From the IMG/VR virus record IMGVR_UViG_3300017917_001342, positions 62,001-126,000 of that record: DNA of 64,000 nucleotides; one strand, 5' to 3'. A program made the translations under genes and the position numbers. The notes beneath the pieces are model-generated. The model did not search any database and had not been told where the DNA came from. It saw only the letters and a program-made list of their open reading frames with translations. Shown piece after piece: positions 28,842 to 38,836 of this stretch (position 1 is its first letter; every line of letters begins with the position of its first letter).

Positions 28842-30183
28842 TTATTGTATTCCACCATTGACTGAATTCTTCGTTATTAACAGCATTTACTATATTTAAA
28901 TTTCTACGAGATGCATAGCTTTTAAAGAAATTAACAAAGTCGTTAACTTTGTCTTGATATTGATCAACATCTTCGTAACTTTTGTCTACACTACGCAAAT
29001 AAGAAACTACTCTCATAAATTGATCTAATTCGCTGGGACTTAAAAATCCTTTTCTCGTAGCTAACCAATCATCGAACTTAGTTACCAATGCTTGTTTAAT
29101 GCTCGGTGGTAATATATTAACACTTTGAAAACTTGGGAATCTTAAAATGTTAAGAGACATACTGTACAATCCGGGTGGACTATTAGCTTCTCGTCTTAGA
29201 TCTATTATGTCATCCATGAATTCAGTAATACCAAATACAGACAACGCACTGATGGTCATCATTATGGTTATGCGACGATATTTGGCATTTGCTGTAAACA
29301 GTTTAAGATTGCGTTTCCATTGTTCATAGTCTAAACCATGACGTACAAACTCTGCCAATTCTCCGGTTGCTTCACAGCTTGTATACAGATCAAAATTTTC
29401 AAACTTGTTTGTGCAGTCTATTAGATTTTGCAATCTTTGATTGTCCATGATTAGGTTAGAGTTAACTGCAAATCTAAACTTTTCACCTTGACACTTTTCA
29501 ACTAATTTCCAAAAGTCTGGGCTTCTTGTAGGTTCGCCTCCGGTGACACGAAGTTCTTGAAGATTGTACTTCAAACTGTCATCAAACCACTTAAAAAAGC
29601 TTTTCACAAAAAAGTTGTTGTCGGACTTTGGGTCAAACGCATATGCATGACTTCCGTCATTTTGATAGGTTTGACCGCCGCCTGTGTTCATGTTTTCATA
29701 AATGCCATTTGTTTTAATGTCATTTGACCATGTGCTAGAAAATTCCGGATTGCAATATGTACAACTGAGATTACATAGGTTATCAAAACTGATTTCTAAA
29801 GTCTTGGGATCTACGTTTTCTTGCCAGTTGAGTGTTTTTAGATAATTGATTTCTTCTTCTGTGTAAATTGCACTTTTGTATGTGCGATCACTGTTTACAT
29901 TACTGTCAGCATCTTCAACACGCCAGCAGTAGCTACATTCTTCAGGACGCTTGCCTTCTAGCATTAGTCTGCGCTGTTCTTTTTTGAACTCTGTATTGTG
30001 TAATGCAGTTGGATTTTTGAATAGTTCTCCAGGCGGTACATAATGTGCAGCAGGGTGGTGGCAACTAGCCGTGCGACCATTGCTTAGCCATATAGTTGCG
30101 TTGTACCATTTTGCTGCACAGAAACTTGGACTTATTGAGTTTATGTGTGTTTTTACATTATCTAAATGTTTATTATTGCTCAT
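28828..30183 (-). CDS. Radical SAM protein (CHHP subtype)
   Basis: FCAAKW...SCHHP...CSYC; CNLSCTYC; GGEP. Confidence 0.9.
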   Translation of the reverse strand: MSNNKHLDNVKTHINSISPSFCAAKWYNATIWLSNGRTASCHHPAAHYVPPGELFKNPTALHNTEFKKEQRRLMLEGKRPEECSYCWRVEDADSNVNSDRTYKSAIYTEEEINYLKTLNWQENVDPKTLEISFDNLCNLSCTYCNPEFSSTWSNDIKTNGIYENMNTGGGQTYQNDGSHAYAFDPKSDNNFFVKSFFKWFDDSLKYNLQELRVTGGEPTRSPDFWKLVEKCQGEKFRFAVNSNLIMDNQRLQNLIDCTNKFENFDLYTSCEATGELAEFVRHGLDYEQWKRNLKLFTANAKYRRITIMMTISALSVFGITEFMDDIIDLRREANSPPGLYSMSLNILRFPSFQSVNILPPSIKQALVTKFDDWLATRKGFLSPSELDQFMRVVSYLRSVDKSYEDVDQYQDKVNDFVNFFKSYASRRNLNIVNAVNNEEFSQWWNTINEQN

Positions 30184-31594
30184 TTATTTTGGCCTGTTCG
30201 CAGATATCGTAGAATCGTTTTAGATTTGGAAATGTGGAATGAAAATCTGTGTTTCGACGCTTGTCGTATTCGTCGACAAACTTCTTAAAATTGTAACGGT
30301 TTTCGTTGACATCGCCTACAGTGTCTTCGTTCATAAATTTTATAAAGCGTTCAATCTGATTGATTTCATCTTCCCATAGTATGTCAGTTGTGTCTATCAC
30401 ACCAACACGATGATTAACCATTATGTCTGTTAGACTGTTTTTTACTTCTAGTTTAGTTTCTTCATCTAAGTTGGTTACTGCTAATTTTTGAGGCCATCGC
30501 AGATAGTTTGTCATACATGGTAGTACATTGCCTTGTGTCATAGAATTAGTAATGTACTTTTTTCTTAATTTAAGTACATCATGTAAAAACAAGTTAAATG
30601 TGCCAACACTGAAAATATTAACAGTGGTCATAAAACCAAAGACCAAATTGAATTTGTTGAACAACGCTGTTAAAATTTTATCGCAGTTTTTATACCATCT
30701 GTCATAGTTCAATCCGTATCTGGTATATTCTGCTTGCGCACCAGTTGCTTCACCGCTTGTGAAGATCTGCACTTCTTTGATGTTGGGACCTATTTTACTA
30801 AGAACACGTATAAGACGATCAATCATATCATCTTGCACATCTAGGTTTGTATTGATTGCCAGCGTGAGATTTTCTCTAGGATTTTTAGCTATAGCATCAA
30901 GTACTTTCCAACAGTCTTTACTCATCAGTGGCTCACCACCTGTTAATCGTATAGTGTGTAAATTGTTATACAATTCAGGCCACCATTGCCAAAATGCATC
31001 TACATAGGGATTTTTCTCTCTATGTGGAATAGGCATCTTACCAGTTTCTTTTAAAGTGTCAAAATTGTTGTACAACGTAGTTGTTGGATAAGGACCATGC
31101 TTTTTGATTTCGTCATACCATTTGCTGCTTAGGTCCGGACTGCAATACGCACATTTCAAATTGCATACGTTACTGAATGAAATTTCCATGTATGTGGGAT
31201 TGATATCTTTTGTGCCTGTTTCTAACACATCAAACAGGTGAGGTTTACTCCATGTTACTTTGCTTTTGTAGACTCTGTCACTGAAATAGTCATCACCCAT
31301 GTCTTCTACACGCCAGCAGTAATCACACTCTGCTGGACGTTTACCATCTAACATCATTTGCATTTGCTGTTTTTTATGACTTGTGTTATGCAATGCTTTG
31401 AAATTGTTAGCAATTTCGTCAACTGGTATTTTATGAGTAGGTGGGTGATGACAACTATGGTTCATACCATTCTGTAGATAAATGGTATGCTGTAACCATT
31501 TAGCCAAACAAAAACTTGGACTTATACTGTTTAACTGGTCACGTTCTCTACGCAATTCGTCAATCTGTGATTGTTTTGTCATGTGATATACCAT
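30173..31594 (-). CDS. Radical SAM protein (CHHP subtype)
   Basis: FCLAKW...SCHHP...CDYC; CNLKCAYC; GGEP. Confidence 0.9.
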   Translation of the reverse strand: MVYHMTKQSQIDELRRERDQLNSISPSFCLAKWLQHTIYLQNGMNHSCHHPPTHKIPVDEIANNFKALHNTSHKKQQMQMMLDGKRPAECDYCWRVEDMGDDYFSDRVYKSKVTWSKPHLFDVLETGTKDINPTYMEISFSNVCNLKCAYCSPDLSSKWYDEIKKHGPYPTTTLYNNFDTLKETGKMPIPHREKNPYVDAFWQWWPELYNNLHTIRLTGGEPLMSKDCWKVLDAIAKNPRENLTLAINTNLDVQDDMIDRLIRVLSKIGPNIKEVQIFTSGEATGAQAEYTRYGLNYDRWYKNCDKILTALFNKFNLVFGFMTTVNIFSVGTFNLFLHDVLKLRKKYITNSMTQGNVLPCMTNYLRWPQKLAVTNLDEETKLEVKNSLTDIMVNHRVGVIDTTDILWEDEINQIERFIKFMNEDTVGDVNENRYNFKKFVDEYDKRRNTDFHSTFPNLKRFYDICEQAKINEQ

Positions 31595-32766
31595 TAAAAT
31601 GCTGTGTTAGTGCGACGAGTATTACCGTAATGAATTACTTTAACGGCACCTGATTTTGATATTGCAGTTCGCCATGGATCTATTACAACACTGCCATTTG
31701 CCATTGCAGTTAGATCATAGTCAACGTTGTGACCTAGCAGATACACTGCTGGTACAGCTAATGCCGTGTCATAGCTAGGTGTTGAGCCCAGTTGGTCACA
31801 GTAATATCCAACCAACATACCATAGCTACCATCTGTATATGGTACGCCTGGTTTGAAGCTTTTACCTAGTATTACAATAGGTAACTGATGCTTATGCAAC
31901 TCGACTGCTAGGTTTTTAGCTTGAACTTCTCTAGCAGTCATTATTGCATCAAACAAATCATAACCAAGATCTAAACGTTCTGCTAACCATCGCAATGCAA
32001 TATTGTCTCGTGGATGGCATGGTCCGCCGTCGCCCATGCCAGGTTTCATATATGCCGGTCCCATGATGCGATAGGTGCTGTCCGACAGCGCAGTTGCTAC
32101 TATATCAACATTCATATTGCCAATACGTTCGGCTACATCTTGAATCATATTAACAAGACTTAATTTTGCAGATATAAAAGTGTTGTAGAATATTTTGATA
32201 CTTTCGACTTCTTCCCAAGTACCTGTGATAATTCTTGGATTATTTTGCATCAATGGAGCATAGAGATTTTTCAATGCTGTAACAGCATTGGTATTTGCTC
32301 CCGTGCTGTTACCTATCATTATCATTTCTGGGTTCACCATATCAGATGCAACCGATCCCATTGCTATGAGATATGGATTGTAAATCAATTCGCCCTGAGT
32401 AATCAGGTTTGCTAGTTCTCGTCTAGTTGTACCAGGTAACACTGTGCTTATTAATACTATGATATGAGATGCAGTTGCAACACTGTTAATTTGCTGCAAC
32501 ACAGCTTTTACATAGGAATAATCAAAGTCTTTGTTATCCAAGTGACTGCTAGGTGTGCTGCCATCATATTTTGGATCATGCGGTGTTTGCACAGCTATAA
32601 AAACAATGTCACTGTTTTTCACAGTGTCCTGTACACTATCTACTATGTTAACGGTGTTGCTTTTTACAGCAGGATTTACATCGTAGCCGTATACCGTGTA
32701 GTGTGTAGCCATTGCTTCTGCAACAGGTAACCCAAGTTTACCCAGGCCGATCATTCCTATTTTCAT
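31594..32766 (-). CDS. UDP-glucose/GDP-mannose dehydrogenase family protein
   Basis: GLGKLG Rossmann motif, AVQTP, STVLPG, GGPCHPRD, SFKPG. Confidence 0.9.
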   Translation of the reverse strand: MKIGMIGLGKLGLPVAEAMATHYTVYGYDVNPAVKSNTVNIVDSVQDTVKNSDIVFIAVQTPHDPKYDGSTPSSHLDNKDFDYSYVKAVLQQINSVATASHIIVLISTVLPGTTRRELANLITQGELIYNPYLIAMGSVASDMVNPEMIMIGNSTGANTNAVTALKNLYAPLMQNNPRIITGTWEEVESIKIFYNTFISAKLSLVNMIQDVAERIGNMNVDIVATALSDSTYRIMGPAYMKPGMGDGGPCHPRDNIALRWLAERLDLGYDLFDAIMTAREVQAKNLAVELHKHQLPIVILGKSFKPGVPYTDGSYGMLVGYYCDQLGSTPSYDTALAVPAVYLLGHNVDYDLTAMANGSVVIDPWRTAISKSGAVKVIHYGNTRRTNTAF

Positions 32767-32804
32767 CAGTAAAACTCCGTTTCAACATTGTACTAGTTGT
32801 TGTA

Positions 32805-32915
32805 TTATTTGTATATAAACGGATCGCGTTTTCTAAGTTCTGCTAACCTTTTTTTGAGTTTCTTCTTATCCAAGTACCATTTAACTAGTCGTAGCTTTTT
32901 GAACCAATTTAACAT
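32805..32915 (-). CDS. Small basic peptide (36 aa, MLNWFKKLRLVKWYLDKKKLKKRLAELRKRDPFIYK)
   Basis: Manual translation; GGAG RBS; overlaps the upstream stop; below the ORF-track length cut-off. Confidence 0.65.
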   Translation of the reverse strand: MLNWFKKLRLVKWYLDKKKLKKRLAELRKRDPFIYK

Positions 32916-34180
32916 GTTGTGTCTCCGTTGTAAATTTTCATAAACTGTGAATATGCAGGTGTTTTAAACCAGTTTCTACTTAAAAACCATTGTTGGTTGT
33001 GCATACATATTTCTTTTACCTGTTCTAACCAACTCCATTTATCTCGTACAAACGATAAATTTTGCAAGTTACTTAATATAATAGCAACCCTATCTGCAAA
33101 TGGCGCAGTGTCATAACTTTCGTCGAATACAGAGTCAAATGTTTCAAACCCCCAGGACTTTAATTTTGCAAGTGTACCTTGATGACCTAATACCATGAAT
33201 GGTTGTTGCGCCCACAGGGGTTTCCATAGTTTTTCGCTAATGAACAAGTTGTAAGGCTCATCAAATGCATGAGTTTCTGTAATAACACTTGCCCAGCTTT
33301 TTAAATAAATGCTGCGATTAATTTGCATTGCTTTGTTATTGTTAAAATCAGAATCATCTATTACAAGCGGCAATACAGTTTTAGCTTTATCAACTACTTC
33401 TTGTGGTACACCATGTGCAGTCCAATTGTCGTAAACCAATGTGTTATGGCTTATCATCCCTTTTAAATGAAGGTCGTGTTCTATTAAACGCATTACCATA
33501 ACTTCTCTGTGATGGCGGCTTACTCTGTTTAGACAATTAAACAGTTTGACATTGTAGTTGTTTGATTTTGAAACTTTATGATCGTTCCATTCTACTGCGT
33601 TGCTTCTACGTAAATTCAATTGTTGCATATACATTAAATGTGGAAACCCTATTATGCTTATGCGATCATTGATTTTATGAATATCACACCATTGTTTATA
33701 ACCATCAGCATCTAATTCGTTACCAGTTAGAAACAAAAAACTTTTTGGCGGAATATGGTGTTCTGCACACAGCTTATGAAAATATTCATACAGTTTTGTA
33801 TCGTAGAATCCTTCGTTAAGGTTGTCAACTACTAATAGTGCTTTACCAGTCTTGGCATCATCTAACACGGCCGATGGTATGAAATTGACAAATGGTTCGT
33901 AACCATAGCTGTTACCGGGCCAACCAGTCCAGTAGTCTGCATCATTCCATGTGCCTATATTATACGCATATCTATCTGGTCTATTTTCCACACCGCTGTG
34001 GCACCAATTGTGATTATCTCGATTCCACCAATTTAATCGCCAATAGTGAAACATATTAGCAACGGGAAATCTACCAGACGACAACTCCCATCTTGGCCCG
34101 TGAGTTGTGTGCGGACATGCAGTCATTGTTCTGAATCTTTTTGGGTCATCAAAAACCCAATGTACATTGTCGGTGTTCAT
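32909..34180 (-). CDS. Putative glycosyltransferase-like protein (paralogue 3)
   Basis: FNCLNR...HR, VITET, ISEKLWKP, GFETFDSVFDESYD. Confidence 0.55.
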   Translation of the reverse strand: MNTDNVHWVFDDPKRFRTMTACPHTTHGPRWELSSGRFPVANMFHYWRLNWWNRDNHNWCHSGVENRPDRYAYNIGTWNDADYWTGWPGNSYGYEPFVNFIPSAVLDDAKTGKALLVVDNLNEGFYDTKLYEYFHKLCAEHHIPPKSFLFLTGNELDADGYKQWCDIHKINDRISIIGFPHLMYMQQLNLRRSNAVEWNDHKVSKSNNYNVKLFNCLNRVSRHHREVMVMRLIEHDLHLKGMISHNTLVYDNWTAHGVPQEVVDKAKTVLPLVIDDSDFNNNKAMQINRSIYLKSWASVITETHAFDEPYNLFISEKLWKPLWAQQPFMVLGHQGTLAKLKSWGFETFDSVFDESYDTAPFADRVAIILSNLQNLSFVRDKWSWLEQVKEICMHNQQWFLSRNWFKTPAYSQFMKIYNGDTTC

Positions 34181-35412
34181 GGTTTCAGCTTTGCCAAACG
34201 TGGTAGGTAATCTTGTATGTTGCGGTTCTTTAGTTTATCAACCTGTTCAACATCATACCAAAATTGGGCCCAAGAATCAGTTGGCCAGTTGTCAAATTCA
34301 TACTCTGCTCCCTGTGTAGCAGGACTGTCCATATAATTTAATGCACCTACCCAACTGTTGTAGTTTTGGTATTGTTCTAAACCTGCTATTGCAGCTTCAA
34401 CGTCTCTGCGTATTTCGTTTTTAGCATGCTGCGGCAACAATCTTACATCTTGATATGTAGGATGATAGACTAGATTTACAAATGGTAACGATGAAAAATA
34501 CGGCTGTTGAATTGTCCAGTTGATCAGTTCAGCAACATTGTAACAGTTGTACAACCCAAATGTTGTATGCAGTTCTAATTTTATGTTAGGTGCATCTAAT
34601 GCAGCAATGCGTATAAGGTTGCTGTAAATTGTGTTCCAGTCGCTGTTTTGGCGTATGTAGTCATTTGCTTCACCAATGGCTTCTATGCTGACATTTATGT
34701 TAACATGTGCAAATGATTGCCACATGTTCAGCAGTTCCTGTGGAAGAGTAGTGAGATTGGTGTTGTAGCTTATCTGCTGTTTGTTTGATAATTTTTGATC
34801 TATACACTCTCGCAGAATATCCATATGTTGTTTAACAATAAGTGGCTCGCCGCCAAGGAAGTTCATGTGTGTTACATGCTTCAAACTGTTTTTGATTACA
34901 GAGATTGCATGTGGATCTTCGAACCACAGTTGTCTTACACTGCGAGGATCTGCATTGATAGTTTTCCATCTGTCTAGTTTGCTAAGATCGTGCATCCATA
35001 GATGACTGTTCATCCAGTTGCACATTCTACAGACTAGATTGCACTTGTTACCAAATGTAATATCCAAGTATTCTATTGTTGCATCAGACAACAATGTACC
35101 ATCGGTATCTATGCTACCTGGTACACTGTTTTTGTATACGTCATTCCATATCTGTCGAAAACTTGTACCACCGCTGTCTTCTATCTTCCAACACTTGCTG
35201 CATGTTGGATGTCTTTGGCCTTTTGCTATAGCAAGTCTAACTTCTTTATGTAATTTGCTGTTTAAAACGTCAAGCGGTTCGTTGCTTTCTGTGATAAAAG
35301 GTTGACTGTAATCTTCCCAATGTCCGTGATTATTACAACACAGCCTCGGTCGTCCAGGGCCATCTAAACTAAGACTGTTGTAAGGCAATATGCAAAACGC
35401 ATCATTGGTCAT
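34177..35412 (-). CDS. Radical SAM protein (twitch-like N-terminus)
   Basis: FCILP...LCC...CSKC; CNLVCRMC; GGEP; start reassigned to the ATGA overlap. Confidence 0.9.
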   Translation of the reverse strand: MTNDAFCILPYNSLSLDGPGRPRLCCNNHGHWEDYSQPFITESNEPLDVLNSKLHKEVRLAIAKGQRHPTCSKCWKIEDSGGTSFRQIWNDVYKNSVPGSIDTDGTLLSDATIEYLDITFGNKCNLVCRMCNWMNSHLWMHDLSKLDRWKTINADPRSVRQLWFEDPHAISVIKNSLKHVTHMNFLGGEPLIVKQHMDILRECIDQKLSNKQQISYNTNLTTLPQELLNMWQSFAHVNINVSIEAIGEANDYIRQNSDWNTIYSNLIRIAALDAPNIKLELHTTFGLYNCYNVAELINWTIQQPYFSSLPFVNLVYHPTYQDVRLLPQHAKNEIRRDVEAAIAGLEQYQNYNSWVGALNYMDSPATQGAEYEFDNWPTDSWAQFWYDVEQVDKLKNRNIQDYLPRLAKLKP

Positions 35413-36395
35413 GTCATACGCCTTTTGGTAATACTCATGTCTGTGCCACAGTGACAATGTGTTCTGGGACAGACAATTGTACCAGATCTGTTGCTTAGAT
35501 TTAAATGTGAGTCGTTGATATTACCTATAACACCAGAAACACCGCAACTGCCTAGCGTTATATCGCCATTGATTGCGATGTTTATGCTTGTGCCTATATC
35601 ACAGTGCCAGTCTAAGAAAAAGTTACGGCGTTCAGCAGTTAGTCTATTGCTGTTAACTGGTTGTGTTGTACCATCATCGTATCGTTCTATTACCATGCTG
35701 TGTCCAACACGATTATCTGGCTTTGGAAGAGATTGTTTAGATCTATTGCTATTTTGCATTAACCATTCGATCTTGCTTTTGTCTTTGTAATCATAGGGAT
35801 CTGCGTTAACACTCATTTCGTCTAGTATCGGTACATACTCCATAGTGACATTTTGCATTGCTGCCCATATAACATCTGCTTTGTCAAGCATTTGATCCCA
35901 ATGGTCCTCAGCCATCATCATTCTCACAGCAAGATAATTTACTTTGTCCTGAAGAAACACAGCATTTTCTAAGAACCGATCATGCTTTACCCATCCAGGA
36001 TGATAGCTTGCAACCACATCGTCAAATAAATGATAGTTGTGTTCCCACCAGTGCAATGGTCTAGACAGGTTAGTGTTGATTGCAACAGTTACTTTGCCTG
36101 GCAGTAGAGCCGAAACATAGTTGCAAACGTCTACTAGTATTGGCCAATGTGTGGGTTCACCTCCACTTAAAAATAGTTTTACTTTGTCATAGTGTTGACC
36201 TGTAAATCCGTTTAACAGTTTGTCCAGGTTACGCTTATATACTTCTATATTTAGATTTGGTATATCCCCGCCCCAGTTACCAGGGTTGCAATAGCCGCAG
36301 CGGAAATTGCAGGTATTACTGGTTTGCCAAGTTATGTTTAGCGTTTTACCGTTTAAGGCTTCTATAGCAATTAGGTTTTTATTGTCTAGCAGCAT
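35409..36395 (-). CDS. Radical SAM protein with C-terminal Cys-rich (SPASM-like) domain
   Basis: CNFRCGYC, GGEP; C-terminal C...C...CPRTHCHC. Confidence 0.9.
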   Translation of the reverse strand: MLLDNKNLIAIEALNGKTLNITWQTSNTCNFRCGYCNPGNWGGDIPNLNIEVYKRNLDKLLNGFTGQHYDKVKLFLSGGEPTHWPILVDVCNYVSALLPGKVTVAINTNLSRPLHWWEHNYHLFDDVVASYHPGWVKHDRFLENAVFLQDKVNYLAVRMMMAEDHWDQMLDKADVIWAAMQNVTMEYVPILDEMSVNADPYDYKDKSKIEWLMQNSNRSKQSLPKPDNRVGHSMVIERYDDGTTQPVNSNRLTAERRNFFLDWHCDIGTSINIAINGDITLGSCGVSGVIGNINDSHLNLSNRSGTIVCPRTHCHCGTDMSITKRRMT

Positions 36396-37638
36396 TTTGT
36401 AACTGATCTATTAAGTTTGGCCATATAACAGTATGATCTAAATTACGTAATTTGTCATTAACTAATAGCCAATCAACTAGTCTTGATTGCAGTTCAGTAT
36501 TGGTTGGATTTTTAAGCATCGCAGTTTTCATGTAGTCTACACCGTCGTGAAAATTACACAGCGTTCCACGTGGTATAGGTCTCAGTGTATTACGTAGTTT
36601 TTTCATTGCATCCTGACGCAGTTCAATTGGAATAACATCTACGCTGAGATATTGTGGATAGTCTAATATGATAGGATACCAAATTATGTTTTTAACGTAG
36701 TCTTCGGCAAGATAAACAAGCCATTGAATCAATGAATCTATACGATCGTAGTTTAATGCATTTACAACAGTATAGACCTTTAATGTTTTAGCTACATTAT
36801 GTTTTAGATACTGTGTAAAATTATGTGTTTTAGTTTGCCATTTAGTTGGATATCTGATATATTCGTCAACTTCATTTAAACCATCTATACTTATCTGTAT
36901 TTCAGTGTTGCTAAATTGTGCAAGACGATGTAGCAGTTTGTAATTCCAAACAGTGCAATTGGTAGTGAAACTAACGTGGCAAGAGTCATTGCCAGCATCT
37001 AACAGCATATCCAAGTATTGATAGATATTTGTGTCCATAGTTGGCTCACCACCAGTTATGTACAAACGCTTCAATGTTGGTGCTAGTTTTTTAAAGTTTT
37101 CTTTGCTAGATTCGTCCACAATATAGTTTGTGTTGACAAACTCAGTGCTGAGTTCGTTACGCCATGCATCTAACAACCATTGTGGTAACTCAGCAGACGC
37201 TACAGCTTCTGCTCGTTCTTCTGCAATTTTACTGCTGCTGCCACTCCAACAACCAACACATTTCAAGTTACAAGTTGTGCTTAGTCTCAAATCAAAACTG
37301 TTTGGTAACACTGTTGCCACAGTGCTTAGATCTAACATTTGGTCTATGTTATAGTCTCGATTAGCATGTGTTCTCGGACTGGGATTGCCTGCAGATTCAA
37401 TATCGTAACAGATTTTACAGTCATCTACAGGTTCACTATTGAGCATACGTCTACGCACATTTTGCATGTATGTGCCATTCCAGATGTCTTCAATCGGCTG
37501 CTTATTCCACAATACAGGTTTGTTATCGGCATCTTTGATCACAATGTTGTCGCTGATATTGCAACAGAGTTTGCATTGCCCTTGCGGTGTAGTATTGATG
37601 TTATGCCATGCTAATGCGCACAAGCTATTAGATTGCAT
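36379..37638 (-). CDS. Radical SAM protein (twitch-like N-terminus)
   Basis: LCALAW...LCC...CKIC; CNLKCVGC; GGEP. Confidence 0.9.
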   Translation of the reverse strand: MQSNSLCALAWHNINTTPQGQCKLCCNISDNIVIKDADNKPVLWNKQPIEDIWNGTYMQNVRRRMLNSEPVDDCKICYDIESAGNPSPRTHANRDYNIDQMLDLSTVATVLPNSFDLRLSTTCNLKCVGCWSGSSSKIAEERAEAVASAELPQWLLDAWRNELSTEFVNTNYIVDESSKENFKKLAPTLKRLYITGGEPTMDTNIYQYLDMLLDAGNDSCHVSFTTNCTVWNYKLLHRLAQFSNTEIQISIDGLNEVDEYIRYPTKWQTKTHNFTQYLKHNVAKTLKVYTVVNALNYDRIDSLIQWLVYLAEDYVKNIIWYPIILDYPQYLSVDVIPIELRQDAMKKLRNTLRPIPRGTLCNFHDGVDYMKTAMLKNPTNTELQSRLVDWLLVNDKLRNLDHTVIWPNLIDQLQNAARQ

Positions 37639-38836
37639 GATCTATACCTCTGAGTTCAGGAAACACATCTCTCCAACTTTCTTTGCGTATCTTGTCTAGT
37701 TTTGCAGTTTGGTGTGCCCATAATGGTAATAGGTCACTGTCATCGCTTTCATTCATAAATGAAACAATACCTTTAAATGCAGATACTGTATTGGAATTTG
37801 CATGGTTTTCTGTTAGCCATTCACAGTGTTTTTCAATTTTATCTGTAATTCGTTGTTTTATAGAAACAGGCAAAATTCTAGTACTGAAGTATTTTGGACT
37901 GGTTAGTTGATTAATTCTAATATTGTCAATATCCACATAGTCGTGCTGTACCCAGTCTTTGTGAAAGTCAGATAAGTGTTTGGCATTCCACATGCTTACG
38001 GTAGGTGTTATTTCAAAATACGCATTGGGCAATTCCTGCATCATGCGTTTTCTATTATTAACAACGTCTTTCCAAATCATGTTTTTACGAATGTATTCGC
38101 CGCGGTCGCCCATACCATCTAAACTAGCTGCGACTCGCAAATTTGGAAACTGTCTCCACAACTCAAAGAGATTACGTTGCTTGTAATCTAACTTTGTAAA
38201 ATTTGTAGTGTAGTTCAATTGTACGTCTGTTTTACCTATGCTTATCCAATAGTCTAATATGCGATAATGTTCATCTGTCATTAGACTTTCGCCGCCTGCA
38301 AAGTACACTTCTTCGGTATTTTGCAAATGCGGTAACAGTTGTTCCCAAAAATCGCCTGATTGATTTATGTTTAAAATTCTAGGCGATTTATAACTTGCAT
38401 CCATCATTAGTGAATCATCATACCAACTGCTGCTCAATTGTGGTCCGCAGGTTCTACAACGCAAATTGCATATGTTACTAAAACGAACATCCAGATAAAC
38501 CAAATTGACTTTTTCAACTGTGCCGTCCATTTGAGTAGTGTTTACTAAATTGCTGTGATGTGCATAGGCTTCGTTGGCATGATTTCTCAGGGTAAATGTG
38601 CCGTGCCGCTCAACATCGTAACATCTACTGCATGCAGGAGTTTCTTTACCTTCTAACATATTTTTACGCAGCTCTCGCATGCGTTCGCTGTTCCAAATTT
38701 CGTTTAAACGCTGTTGGTTGGTATTGCCAACAGTCCAATTGGTATCACTCATACAGCAGGGAAACACATCACCATTTGGCCACATATGCATGTGTACCCA
38801 TGGCATCATGCAAAATACTTTATTGTCGGGTATCAT
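37628..38836 (-). CDS. Radical SAM protein (twitch-like N-terminus)
   Basis: FCMMPW...PCC...CSRC; CNLRCRTC; GGES. Confidence 0.9.
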   Translation of the reverse strand: MIPDNKVFCMMPWVHMHMWPNGDVFPCCMSDTNWTVGNTNQQRLNEIWNSERMRELRKNMLEGKETPACSRCYDVERHGTFTLRNHANEAYAHHSNLVNTTQMDGTVEKVNLVYLDVRFSNICNLRCRTCGPQLSSSWYDDSLMMDASYKSPRILNINQSGDFWEQLLPHLQNTEEVYFAGGESLMTDEHYRILDYWISIGKTDVQLNYTTNFTKLDYKQRNLFELWRQFPNLRVAASLDGMGDRGEYIRKNMIWKDVVNNRKRMMQELPNAYFEITPTVSMWNAKHLSDFHKDWVQHDYVDIDNIRINQLTSPKYFSTRILPVSIKQRITDKIEKHCEWLTENHANSNTVSAFKGIVSFMNESDDSDLLPLWAHQTAKLDKIRKESWRDVFPELRGIDHAI

